This document shows, in pieces, positions 1 to 11,663 of a stretch of 64,000 bases of DNA. How positions within the stretch are numbered: position 1 is the first letter of the stretch; every line of letters starts with the position of its first letter. The DNA lies in NCBI RefSeq assembly GCF_964213995.1, contig NW_027590189.1, positions 496,001-560,000 of the forward strand, given 5' to 3'. This DNA is from Mustelus asterias. Taxonomy: Eukaryota. The notes under the pieces are model-generated. The model saw only the letters and a program-made list of their open reading frames with translations, was not told the origin of the DNA and made no database searches. Made by a program: the position numbers and the translations under genes.

Positions 1-599
1 AGGATCAAATGAGATGAAACCCACAACAGAGATATTAACTGTGAAACAGCGGGATACTTAGGAAGATTCTAATAGTTCGATTGTAGCTCGACTTCAGGCA
101 CCGTTCAAAGTCTGTGGGAAATTCAATTTTGAGGGAACAGAAATGTGAAAGAATTTATGGGCTCCCGTTTTCATTCTTGTTCTGAAGCTAGGTGAGTTCT
201 TTAGCTTTCATTCGAACGAAGTTTTGTCACATAACTATTGAAGGAGGGACGGATGTGTGAACAAGGGGTGAACTATGGGGCCTTTAAGGGGATAATAGAG
301 GATGGATGGATGAACAGACGGACAGTAGGATGGATGGAGGAATGGACGGATGCGAGTTTTGAGTGACCATTCACTTTGATTGGAGTGAAGTTTACAATAG
401 TTTGCTGCAGTTAAAACTTAGGTAATTGGAGGGAAAGAATATTGGATGAATGTATGGAAAATGCTGAAGGTGTTGGTTCAAATTGCACTTTAAAAACCAA
501 ATAGAATTCTTGCCTCTATTGATAATGTGCAAATACAAAACAAAAGATTTATTCACAGATAATCAGGCTTCGGTTGAAGTATGACAACCACGAGAGAAA

Positions 600-735
600 G
601 AGAGTTAATGTTTCGAGTCCATATGATTCTTCCACAGAATCTGAACAAAAGTCATATGGACTCCAGATGTTAACTCTGCATTTGTCTTCACAGATGCTGC
701 CAGACCTGCTGAGTTTATGCAGCAGATTCTGTTTC
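600..735. mobile_element. Penelope-derived palindromic non-autonomous repeat with two decayed hammerhead-like arms
   Basis: Inverted arms gagttaatgtttcgagtccatatga / tcatatggactccagatgttaactc followed by the cagatgctgccagacctgctgag tail seen in other copies (11060, 48358, 56711); cores decayed (CUGUGGA, CUGAACA). Confidence 0.6.
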
Positions 736-1011
736 TATATGCTGATTGAAATGTTAGTTAAAGTAAACTTCCTCTTAACAGTTAAGAAACTGCATGAATT
801 TTTGAAGGTAGGAGATTTTCAGTGCAATGCGGAAAGAACAGACTGCAGGGTAAAATAGTAACTCCATCGTCTGCCAATGCGGGTAATATATACTGAATAT
901 TCTCGTTATTTGCTTTAATACTTAATGATTCTATGTCGAGGAGAATGAATGAATGTTGACTGAGGTTCCCCATATTTAAACGTATATCTATTTTCTGGTT
1001 ACCATTTGAAG

Positions 1012-1319
1012 GACTGTGTTATTCTGATACTGTAAAGCAAACTGCACCGTCAGTATCATGTTTAGAACAAGAACGCATGGTGTTGCCCTGTTCATTCTCC
1101 ACAGACAGCCGCCGCGATGATCTGCTCTGGTACCGACAAAATCCGAGGGAGGAGTCGGTATTTTTAATCAAAAGGAATTCGGAGGGAAATACAAAGAAAG
1201 CTGAGCGTGTGGGAGGCCGATTCTGGTCAATACTCTGAGTATCAGATCGTTTCTTCAGTTTCACCCTGGCAGATGTACAGCTGAGTGACAGTGAGGTGTA
1301 TTACTGTGCGCTGATCATT
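1012..1319 (+). pseudogene. TCR alpha/delta-type V gene segment pseudogene (V1)
   Basis: After acceptor ag at 1010-1011 it reads GLCYSDTVKQTAP...LPCSF...LLWYRQNP...RFWSIL*VSDRFFSFTLADVQLSDSEVYYCALI; in-frame TGA at 1236-1238; leader upstream (~893-950) degraded; 23-RSS follows. Confidence 0.9.
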
Positions 1320-1358
1320 CACAGTGATACAAACTGATACAAGACCCTTACGGAAACT
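1320..1358 (+). other. Recombination signal sequence (23-RSS) of V1
   Basis: CACAGTG + 23-nt spacer + ACGGAAACT. Confidence 0.9.
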
Positions 1359-2030
1359 ACCACTGGACTGCAACATCAGCCGAGTGATAGGAGTTCACTT
1401 TGTGAACTCTGAACCTTCACCTCTGGCAGCTGCAGAATCAGACCGAGACCGTTTATTGCTGTGTGAATGTAGTCGGAAGTAGAGATGATCGATGTGAAAA
1501 GGCATTCTGAATGACTGAGTTCCTGACAAAATAGGGTGAGAGAAAAGCAAGGAAAAATAAACAGGAAGATAGAACGGCAGCGAAAAAAGGGAGCAAAAGG
1601 CCGTGAGACACAAAGAGGTAGCGCGCTGGACGTCAAGGTGGACGCAGAGAGTTAAAGAAAGACTCTCTGAGAGTTAGAATCAGAAAAATAGAAAAGAAGA
1701 AAGTAAGAGAAGAATATAGAGAAGGGGGAGAGGGAAAATAGGGAGATAATAAGAGAGAGAACGAGACAGGGCCTGAGACAAAGGCAGAGAAACAAAATTG
1801 CACTTTAACCTCATCTTATTCGATTTCTAATGTGTGATTATATTTTATCAGTGGCCCCACTAAATATAATCACACATGAGTGGAATAAGATCAGTGGCCC
1901 CAGGAAATGAATCACATCCCTCAGTAAAGATAGTTAGCTTGCTGGTTTGAGTGTACTCACTGAATGACTGATCCCACCAGGAAATATTTAATCCTGTCGG
2001 TGAAAGAACATCAGCTCACCCAAGATTAAC

Positions 2031-3546
2031 AAGGCGAGGGAAGAGATTGCAGAGCCTCTGGCGATGATCTTTGCGTCGTCGATAGGGACGAGAGATGTGC
2101 CGGAGGATTGGAGGATTGTGGATATGGTTCCTATTTTCAAGAAGGGGAATAGGGATAGCCCAGGAAATTACCGACCGGTGAGTCTAACCTCAGTGGTTGG
2201 TAAACTGATTGAGAAGATCCTGAGGGACAAGATTTATGAGCATTTAGAGAGGTTTAGTATGCTCAAGAATACTCAGCATGGCTTTGTCAAAGGCAGATCG
2301 TGCCTTACGAGCCTGGTGGAGTTCTTCGAAAATGTGACCAAACACATTGACGAAGGGAAAGCAGTAGATGTGGTTTGCATGCATTTTAGCAAGGCGTTCG
2401 ATAAGGTCCCCCATTCAAGGCTTCTAGAAAAAGTGAGAGGGCATGGGATCCAAGGGGCTGCTGCCCGGTGGATCCAGAACTGGCTTGCCCAAAGGAGGCA
2501 GAGAGTGGGTATAGATGGGTCTTTTTCTAAATGGAGGTCGGTCACCAGTGGTGTGCCCCAGGGATCTGTTCTGGGACTCTTGCTGTTTGTCATTTTCATA
2601 AATGGCCTGGATGAGGAAGCGGAGGGATGGGTTGGTAAGTTTGCCGACGACACGAAGGTTGGTGGGTTGTGGATAGTCTGGAGGGATGTCAGAAGTTACA
2701 GAGGGACATAGATAGGATGCAAGACTGGGCGGAGAAGTGGCAGATGGACTTCAACCCAGATAAATGCGGAGTGGTCCATTTTGGCAGGTCAAATGGGATG
2801 AAGGAGTACAATATAAAGGGAAAGACTCTTAGTACTGTAGGGGATCAGAAGGACCTTGGGGTCCGGGTCCATAGGAATCTAAAATCCGCCCCGCAGGTGG
2901 AGGAGGTGGCTAAGAAGGCGTATGGTGTGCTGGCCTTTATCAATCGAGGGATTGAGTTTAGGAGTCCGGGGATAATGATGCAGCTATATAAGACCCTCGT
3001 CAGACCTCGCTTGGAGTACTGTGCTCAGTTCTGGTCGCCTCATTACAGGAAGGATGTGGAAAAGATTGAAAGGGTGCCGAGGAGATTTACGAGGATGTTG
3101 CCTGGATTGAGAGGCATGCCTCATGAAGATAGGCTGAGAGAGCTCGGTCTTTTCTCTTTGGAGAGACGTAGGATGAGAGGAGACTTAATCGAGGTATATA
3201 AGATGTTGAGAGGCATAGATCGGGTGGACTCTCAGAGGCTTTTTCCCAGGGTGGAAATGACTGCTACGAGAGGACACAGATTTAAGGTGCTGGGGGGTAG
3301 GTATAGGGGAAATGTTCGGGGGAAGTTTTTCACACAGAGGGTGGTGGGAGAGTGGAATCGGCTGCCGTCAGTGGTGGTGGAGGCAAACTCAATAGGGTCT
3401 TTTAAGAGACTCCTGCATGAGTACATGGGACTTAATAGGATGGAGGGTTATAGGTAGGCCTAAAAGGTAGGGATATGTTCGGCACAACTTGTGGGGCCGA
3501 AGGGCCTGTTTTGTGCTGTAGATTTTCTATGTTTCTATGTTTCTGT
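2031..3546 (+). mobile_element. CR1/HER1-type LINE, 5'-truncated (RT and 3' UTR)
   Basis: ORFs 2064-2711 and 2669-3457 with YRPVSLTS, GVPQGSVLG and KFADD motifs, one frameshift; 3' hairpin gggccgaagggcc and (TTTCTATG)n tail. Confidence 0.95.
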
Positions 3547-5494
3547 AGCTGTGATCTAACTGCCACCAGGTGGATGCAGAATGCTATGACACGAGTTTCT
3601 CGACCACAGCTGGATTTCTCCAGTCCCGCTGCAGTAAACGTAGATTTCGCTGAGCACCAATTTCTCCGCTGTCGTTCGCAGCGGAATTCCGACCAAAATC
3701 TTTCACCCAGTCTGGAAGAATGTGGCGTACAGATGTCAGGACTCCCCTGAACAAGGTGTTGGCCTGCATCTCCAATTCAGAATGGAGGCCACCCCCAACT
3801 TTCGTCCCCAGAACATTATAAGATTTATAAATATAAAGATTTAAATTCAACTTTGGATAAAATAAATTGAAGGATTGGATTTTTAAAAGTACACCTGTCT
3901 GAAGGGGTTTTTTATCTGCGAATTAGTAAAGCAGCAGGCAAACAAATGATTACGTGAGTCACTATGGATTGAAATGAAGAGGTGTAATTAAGATAGCACA
4001 ACATCAGAAGGAATGGAAACTATAGCCATGGGAGCTGAGTACAGGAGGAGCGGAAGGGCGACTACCAAAAGCAGCAGCCAGCTGGAAAAAGCAGGCTCTG
4101 CAAAAAGGCAATGCACTGCTGTTTAAAAAGAAACTTTAACAGAGAAGAACTGCTACGCTGGACTGAAGAAAGTTTTCCCAAATTGGAAAATAATCCGTGG
4201 GTGGTCACTATAATCTGCATTATATAATTTCGAATGATGTTCGGGAGAGGGGCAGTTCTCAGAGGTCAGGAACCTGGACAGCTAGGAAAAGGGGTCAACC
4301 TCATGAGATACTTTGTGTGTGTAGCCATTATTGAAGTTAAGGGCCCTGCTGAAATGCCTTTCTTGCTGTGCCTTAAATTTAATAACTATCCATTATTAAT
4401 TATTTGCAACAAGGCTGGGCCATGTCTCACTCATTTCCTTTTTGATATACATTATGTCAAATTGAAAATTTCCACAATTGAAAATTGGTGTTCCAATTAA
4501 TCCTTCTGTACTTTGGGATACCCTCACATTTAACATCAGCGAGGTTCTTAACGAACACCACAACAGTGGGTGCCTTTACAGGTTAAATTGAATCGAGGAG
4601 TTCCATTTCGCTGCCCCATAATGTTCCCAGAGATCCATTTTCTTTCTCAAGAGGCCATCATTCCGGCCTCAGAATTTCTATTTATCTAAAAGAACCCCAT
4701 CCACCACTCTCAGAGGCAAAGTGTTCTGGATGCTTGGTACTCACTGTGGAAAAATGTTCCTCCTCCATCACCCTCACCCCCTCCGTCCATTGCCCATAAT
4801 CTTAAAAAAATGACCCCTTCCATACCCCAGCCTATCTTCCGTTAGGACCACCAGCTAATGGGAACATCTTTCCTTTATATACCTGAGAAAAACCTGTCCT
4901 ACTCTCATCCACTTCGATTACATTTCTCCTCAATCTCCTCCGCTCCATTGGAGAAGAACTACAGCATCTCGACCTTCTGGCTAATTTGTGAACGTTTCAA
5001 AACGCGACTTATTCACAGATATTTCTCCATGGGGTTTAACTAGATTTGGTCAACTTTTGAAAAACTGCTATCGAGCTGAATATATCTTGTGAACTTCTTA
5101 ACACTAAACATACTTGAAACAAATTCTTCCCTAGAATTTGACAAGTGTTGGTCAACTTTTTGGAAACTAGTTTCAGCATTTTCCAAAATAACTTTTCCAT
5201 ACCATCATCTAGACGGCTCCAACTTTTTAAAATATAGCTTAAACTTATCAAAATGTTTTCCAAACAATATAGCAAACGTTCGTGAAAAGAAACTCGTTTA
5301 AATATGTTTAAGGCTAATCTTTCAGTAGAATTTAACTTTAAATAGTCGGTTTCTGTTGAAAAACAATTACCTAAGATAAATCTCTCGAGAGAAGCAAACT
5401 GAAGTTCGTCAGCATTTACCTGAGTGAAACTAATGTTATTAAAGGCAGTCATCGAAAGTAACATGGAACTTGTAAACTTTTTTTAAAGTTGCAT

Positions 5495-5567
5495 CGAGCA
5501 AGCCAGAAGTCGAACCTGGAACCATTTGACCCATAGTCAGACGCATTATCCAATGCGCCACTAGCCC
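5495..5567 (-). pseudogene. tRNA-Arg(ACG)-derived pseudogene (anticodon mutated to ATG)
   Basis: GGGCTAGTGGCGCATTGGATAATGCGTCTGACTATGGGTCAAATGGTTCCAGGTTCGACTTCTGGCTTGCTCG aligns to vertebrate tRNA-Arg-ACG with several stem-breaking changes. Confidence 0.85.
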
Positions 5568-5818
5568 ATGTGCAAACTTGCGGCAGATGTTCCATATTGG
5601 GTCGACGCTTCAGAATAGGGCAGAAGCTTTGTCAAAATTATTTGTTTACTTGTGACGATCGGCTCCACCATTGTGATTTTCTTTGTTCATTTACAGTCAT
5701 TCCTAATTGCCCTTGAATTGAGTTGCTGAGTTAATCTGCCGTGTTGCAATTAAAGAAAATAACACTGCCCAACCACTCACCACTCCCCTCACTGGACCAA
5801 TTGTCGAATATCACTTGA

Positions 5819-5991
5819 GGTGGAGATGCCTCGCATTGGACTGGGGTGGGCAAAGTAAGAAGTCTCACATCAGGTTAAAGTCCATCACGTTTATTTGGAA
5901 TTTCGAGCTTTCGGAGCGCTGTACCTTCATCAGGTGAGTGATTCCAACTAAATCTGTTGGACATTAAGCTGGTGTTGTGAGACCTCTTACT
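5819..5991. mobile_element. Penelope-derived non-autonomous element with a hammerhead motif and 13-bp target-site duplication
   Basis: Inverted arms; minus strand CAC CUGAUGA AGGUACAGCGCUCC GAAA GCUC at ~5905-5936; flanked by gaatatcacttga (5806-5818) and gaatattacttga (5992-6004); empty site in paralogue near 13583-13597. Confidence 0.8.
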
Positions 5992-7389
5992 GAATATTAC
6001 TTGAAAAGAATATTTTACAAGCGTATGACATTGGCTGTTACATATGCCTCAAGATGCATTCAGAAAAAAAAAAGAATAGAAGTGCTGAAAATCCACTACA
6101 CACTGAGCACAAAAAGAAATGCTCATATTGTGGCTCAGCACACATTTTATCAGTTCGTGCAGTGGCTACAAGAGCAGGTCAGAGGCTGGGAATCCTGCGG
6201 TGAGGAATTCACCTCCTGAGTCTCTAAAACCTGTCCACCATTTACAAGGCACAAGTCAAGAGTGCGATGAAATATTCTCCATTTGTCTGGATAATGCATG
6301 AACTCACCAAATGCATCTTAGAGAGCAGCTTTCAAACCCAGGACCGCTACCATCTGGAAGTTCCCCTCCAAGCTAACCACCACACTGACTTGGAAATATA
6401 TCGCTGTTCCTTCACTGTCACTGGGACAAGGTCCTGGAATAACGAACCCCTTCCCCCCCCCGAACCCGTCCCCCCCCCCCCCCCAACCCCCACCTCCTAC
6501 AGCTCTTTGGATGTGCCGAAACCAATCGACTGCAGCAGTTCAAGAAGGCAGCTCACCACCACCTTCTCAAGAACCAATTAGTGATGCGTAATATTGCTGT
6601 CACAACCAGCTACACCCACATCGCGTTGTTGAATAAAAAGAAACATCCAGTTACTGACCGCGGTTGTGATTATGCAATTCATGTGTCTTTCAGAGTCCAT
6701 GTACCTCAATACAAGAAGACAACCGTTACTTTCAATGTGCTGCCTCAACTTATCTAGAATTTCAAAATATAAAAGCGTTCATCTAGAAAACGTCTGAGGG
6801 AGCAATGATTTCTGCTGTAAATCATAGAATCATAGAATCATAGAATATGCACAATCATTAATACATCATTCTCCTCTTCCGTTGAATAATTTCAAACAGC
6901 TCTTTCCAGTATTTGTTCTTTATTCAACATTTACTTTCTATACATTTAATTAACGCTATGTCCTCATTCTGAATTGAATATCTCTGAAATATACAACATC
7001 GAAATGCAAACATGACTGACTGACAAATGAATTCGAGTCACTGAGTAATACACCTCCCATGATGTTTATTTGAGATTGACCAAAGTCAGTTTTTAAATGA
7101 AATCAAATATCTTAAAAGGGAAGAGATTTCAGAATGATCTGTTAGTTATACTCGATCGCTCTTTATTTGTGTGTGAAGCATTCTGGATCGTTCATCTGTA
7201 GGAAGTCCAGTAGGTCCGCACTGATTCTCGATTTCCTCATCTGTCTGAGTGTTTTTTCCCATTTCTTTATTATGAAGAACAATTTTAAAAGATGCTTCTG
7301 GGAAGTTTGTGCCATTCCTCTAGTTCAGTTACAGTTTCACTTGTGACTGTCTTTGTGAGGACGCAATACAATTAGACATGTTTCAGATG

Positions 7390-8265
7390 ATCTTGATCAT
7401 GTTTCAGCTTGATCTTGATCAATTGGGCCAATGGGCTGATGAATGGCAGATGAAGTTTAATTCAGATATTTGCCAGCTGATGCATTTTAGTTGATCGAAC
7501 CAGGGCACGACTTACTCAGTTAATGGTAGGGCGTTGGGGAGAGTTATAGAACAAAGAGATCAAGGGGTACATGTTCATAGCTCCATGAAAGTGGAGTCAG
7601 AGGTGGACAGAGTGGTGAAGAAGGCATTTGGCATGCTTGGTTTCTTTGGTCAGAACGTTGAATGCAGGAGTTTGGACGTCTTGTTGAATTTGTACAAGAC
7701 ATTGGTAAGGCCACACTTGGAATACTGTGCACAGTTCTGGTTACCCTATTATAGAACGGATATTATTAAACTAGAAATAGTGCTGATAAGATTTACTAGG
7801 ATGCAACCGGAACTTGATGGTTTGAGTTATAAGGAGAGGCTGGATAGACTGGGATTTTTTTCTCTGGAACGTAGGAGGCTTAGGGGTGACCTTATAGCAG
7901 TCTACAAAATACTGAGGGGCATAGATCATTTCCCCAAAGGTAGGGGAGTCCAAAACTAGACGGCATAGGTTTAAAGTGAGAGGGGATAAATACAAAAGGG
8001 TCGAGAGGGGTATTTCTTTCACACAGAGGGTGGTGAGTGTCTGGAACAAGCTGGCCGAGGTAGTAGAAGAGGAGAGAACAATTTTGTCTTTCAAAAAGCA
8101 TTCAGACAGTTACATGGGTAAGATGGGTATTGGGGGATATGGGCCAAACGTGGGCAATTGGGACTAGCTTAGGAGTTAAAAAAAGGGGTGCCATGGACAA
8201 GTTGGGCCGAAGTGCCTGTTTTCATGCTGTAAACCTCTACGACTCTCTGTGACTCTTTGATTCTA
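7390..8265 (+). mobile_element. Decayed CR1 LINE 3' fragment
   Basis: ORFs 7534-7959 (LYKTLVRPHLEYCAQFW) and 7976-8167; CR1 3' UTR hairpin. Confidence 0.9.
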
Positions 8266-8637
8266 TGGCGATTAACATGTTATTCTGCATCTATAAACCC
8301 ATTAATTTCTGTTGTAGACTGAACGAGTTGAGAATGTGTACAAACAATACAAACAATTCTTTCCTGCCACTGCGTTCTAAAATACAGCATTTCTGATTTT
8401 CCTAAAGCACTTGAGGCTGAGGTGACACCAGTATAATATGGATGCCACATCACGATTCGGATAATCTTTCGCAACGAAATGAAAACATGCAGACGTTGCT
8501 CAAGCTTAGCAAAAAATTTCGAATAGTGTTAGAACATAGAACATAGAACATAGAACATTACAGCGCAGAACAGGCCCTTCGGCCCACGATGTTGCACCGA
8601 CCAGTTAAAAAAAAACTGTGACCCTCCAACCTAAACC

Positions 8638-8693
8638 TGCCTAGTTTCAAACCGCGTGGGAGGCGAACGTGACAACCACTATACTCCAGATAC
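8638..8693 (-). pseudogene. tRNA-Val pseudogene (internal deletion)
   Basis: TCTGGAGTATAGTGGTTGTCACGTTCGCCTCCCACGCGGTTTGAAACTAG resembles tRNA-Val lacking the variable loop and part of the T arm; same flank as the other Val copies. Confidence 0.7.
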
Positions 8694-10009
8694 TTGGCGA
8701 CTGATAATCAATAAATGTCTTTCTATTTGCCTCATTCAGTGAATTCATAATGATTAGAGAGTATGAGGATGCAGTAGTAAATAGGAAACGGATAAATGAA
8801 GTCAGCAGCACCCATTGAAGGTCACTTGTGCTCTCTGCTGTTGCATTGGTTGGAAATAGATATTGCTCACCTGATGTAAGGAGAGATGGACTTAGGGGCG
8901 TAGGATTCACAGAATAATAGGGGGTGAAATGGACAGGAAAAAAAATGACAATAACAAGTCAGTGAGAGAGTCAGGGGGAGATACAATGAGAGAAGCAGGT
9001 AGACAAAGGGAGAAGCAAGGATTGAGACGGCAGAAGAAATTCAAGGAAGGTATAAAATCAACAATATAAAGTACAATTTGATATGGGAAAGGTTTATCCT
9101 GAAATATCATTTAAATTGAATTGTGATTGTGGAGCATAAGACCACTGGTTCATTTAAATAAATTTAAATTTGGGGCACAGATCAGTGAAGTTGACTAATG
9201 TTACAGAGTCCAAAACAAATATAGTGGTCTCCTAACAAGTAGTGCAGATTACAAGGATGTTTGCGGGTTTCTGAATTGGTGACTTATGATGAGAATAATG
9301 AAAGTCCTCATTCCCCAGTGCCATGCGATTTATTGATTGATTAGCTGCAGTGGTCATGAAAACGTGATGAATGAGCTCCCTCTGTTGGCGGTGAGTATTA
9401 AATGGCCTTCTTTCAGGCGATTCAATGTATTCATTATATTTTCAAAATATGTTTCTGCCAAATCTTTCCTGATTTGTATTATTGTTATTGTGATGTAACC
9501 TGTAGATTGTAGGACTAGTGTGAAGTTGAATGCGAATTGTATTCGACACAGATAGCTTTGAAATGTGCTGGTGTGTACAATGACGGTGGGTTCAATGTCT
9601 CTAATGTTTTGGGAACTCTCCCCAATTAACAAATAAAGCTTTTATTCCCAACCGCGGTCGCAGACAATGGAAACATTCCCACTACCAGGACATTGAATGT
9701 GTCGCAGCTTGAGGTATTTCCATTCACTGTCTCCCAGCTCACCACCGACTGGTGCAGCAAGACCACAAAAGTGGCATGATTGTCTTTTGGAAGAATGAGT
9801 CGAGTATGGTTCTGTGCTGGATCTGCCTGACAGACTGGATTCTGCAGTTTGTTTTCTCCATTGCTGCTGGAAACAGTTAGGTGCCAGTTTCATCTGAGGT
9901 TAACTTGGTTTCCTCTGTGTGTGTTTGAGCGGCTGAAAACTCACTTAACATCTGGCCATGAGCCTAAGCAATCCACAATCGTCACGGGCTCATCTATCCA
10001 GTGTAAGCA

Positions 10010-10048
10010 GGTTTTTGCTTGAAGGTGGGCCTTCTTTCTATCATTGTG
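10010..10048 (-). other. Recombination signal sequence (23-RSS) of V2
   Basis: CACAATG + 23-nt spacer + GCAAAAACC on the minus strand. Confidence 0.9.
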
Positions 10049-10508
10049 CGTCTGAACGTGCAGCAATAAGCGGCAGCATCAGTTAGGCTCAGATCGAATA
10101 TATTTAAACTGATTAATTTGTTCGAGGCCTGGAGATCCACATAGAACCGACTTTTATAAACATCTTCATATTCATAACCACCAGGATCTTTCCGCACTAT
10201 AAACATGGGACGCGTGTCTGGATATTGTTGGGACCAGGACAGCCTATAGTCGCTCTCAGTGGTTTGATAGCTACAGGTTAAATTCACGATTTCGCCTTCT
10301 CTCTTAACATCTGATGAGAGCGGCTGGGTGACAGAATCTCCATGTCTCAGATCTGGAAATAACAAAACAGAAAATGGTCAGACGTGCGTATGATAAAAGT
10401 TTGGTCTGGAGCCATGCTTGGGAAATGTAAGAAACGGTGGAATGTATTTTGCACATAATTACCTGTTAGGAATGGTCCCCACATTACCCACACACCGAGC
10501 AGCCACAT
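10049..10508 (-). CDS. TCR delta/alpha-type V gene segment (V2), open and potentially functional; leader exon 10508-10463, V exon 10352-10049
   Basis: 46-nt leader MWLLGVWVMWGPFLT + gtaatt donor, polypyrimidine-ag acceptor, V exon DLRHGDSVTQPLSS...VNLTCSY...LSWSQQYP...SRFYVDL...LSLTDAAAYCCTFR with no stops; good 23-RSS. Confidence 0.88.
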
Positions 10509-10984
10509 TGTCGCTGTCCGCTCTGTGTGTTTGAATTTATTGGGTCCAATCCCCGTCTTCAATAATCAGCTTCCTGTTTCCGGATGTTCTCAGCTCCTTC
10601 CCTTCTGTCCCCCGTGGTGCTGTGTGACACCCAGGTGGTGAGATAACAGACAGTAAACAGACTGTGAGCTGGATTACAATCACTATTCTGACAGAGAACC
10701 TCTGGATTTAAAGATTGATTTGGGGAATAATATAGAAAAATGGACTATTGGAACATGGGGAGGGCAGTAGGCCATTCTGTCCTTCGATTCTGTTTCGTCA
10801 TTCAGTTAGATCAGGGCTGTTCAGCCTGAACGCCACATCTCAGCGCTATCTGCATAGCCCTTAATTCCAAAGGGCTCCATAAAGCTATTCATTTTTTTGA
10901 ACATGCTCAATTAATGACATTCCACAAAAAACGCTTATTTTCTTACTGTGACCCGGAAGGCAAGGAAGGCAAAATAGTTCTGTG

Positions 10985-11150
10985 GTTTCGAGTCCAGACG
11001 ACGCTTTATCAAAGCTTTGACAAAGGGTCATCTGGACTCGAAACGTCATCTCTTTTCTCTCCTTACAGATGCTGCCATAACGGCTGAGATTTTCCAGCAT
11101 TTTCTCTTTTGGTTTCAGATTCCAGCATCCGCAGTAATTTGCTTTTATTT
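10985..11150. mobile_element. Penelope-derived palindromic element with two back-to-back hammerhead ribozyme arms (U3-A8 variant)
   Basis: Centre palindrome tcaaagctttga (11009-11020); + arm AGCU UUGACAA AGGGUCAUCUGGACUC GAAACGUC AUCU; - arm AGCU UUGAUAA AGCGUCGUCUGGACUC GAAAC. Confidence 0.8.
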
Positions 11151-11244
11151 AAATATCTCTGTCCTTGTTTTTCCTCAATCCGTGCATGAGCCTTATTATC
11201 AGGACAGTTTCAGCCGCGATTCCACTGATTCTCTTTTTCTGTAT

Positions 11245-11535
11245 GTGAGACATGGGTGCCACTGGTTGGCCAGCATTTATTGCCCATCATTAGCTGAGAG
11301 TCAACTACATTGCTGTGGCTCTGGAGTCACATGTCAGCCAGACCGGGTAAAGACGGCAGATTTCCTTCTCTAAAGCAAAGTGAACCAGTTGGTTTTTTCC
11401 GACAACCGACAGTGGCACCATGGTTATCAATAGATTCTTAATTGCAGATATTGCTTACATTGAACCAGGTCCGCACAACATCAGCTTAGTTTCTGGATTA
11501 ATAGCCGAGAGATAATACCAATAGGCCATCGCCTC
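11245..11535 (-). mobile_element. tRNA-derived SINE (second family, also at 49225-49575)
   Basis: Reverse complement of the 49225-49575 element (ggaaatctgccgtctttaccc, atgtgactccagagccacagcaa, ataaatgctggcc tail). Confidence 0.7.
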
Positions 11536-11663
11536 CTCTGTTGTGAATATCAGCAATACCGAATATGTATAGAAGCACCACAGATTGAATCATGCTCTAT
11601 TTAGAGCCCAATATTATTACCATTCTCTGCTCCGTTCACCCTGTCACTCTGCGGCAGTGTTTT

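Larger units (their letters stand above)
4500..6640 (+). repeat. Segmental duplication copy A (paralogous to ~12650-14220), carrying a tRNA-Arg pseudogene
   Basis: Co-linear similarity, e.g. ataccctcacatttaacatcagcgaggttctta vs atgcctcgcattgaacatcagcggggttctta, same tRNA-Arg and same downstream LINE fragment. Confidence 0.8.
6670..8695 (-). repeat. Inverted copy of the tRNA-Val repeat unit (interrupted by CR1)
   Basis: 6680-7370 and 8270-8530 are reverse complements of flanks found at ~24070-24715 and ~24870-25145. Confidence 0.75.

Noticed and set aside
1012-1319. V1 as a leaderless NAR-TCR supporting V delta
   Set aside because: A degraded leader is visible at ~893-950, there is no CDR1 cysteine, and no NAR-TCR V/D/J is seen upstream within the window
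1405-1470. V-like 3' fragment TLNLHLWQLQNQTETVYCCV just after the V1 RSS (similar weak hints at ~18110-18280 and ~9700-9750)
   Set aside because: Too short and degenerate, no RSS; cannot be distinguished from chance by eye
3800-4500. Possible solo LTR
   Set aside because: No TG...CA termini, TSD or second copy could be identified
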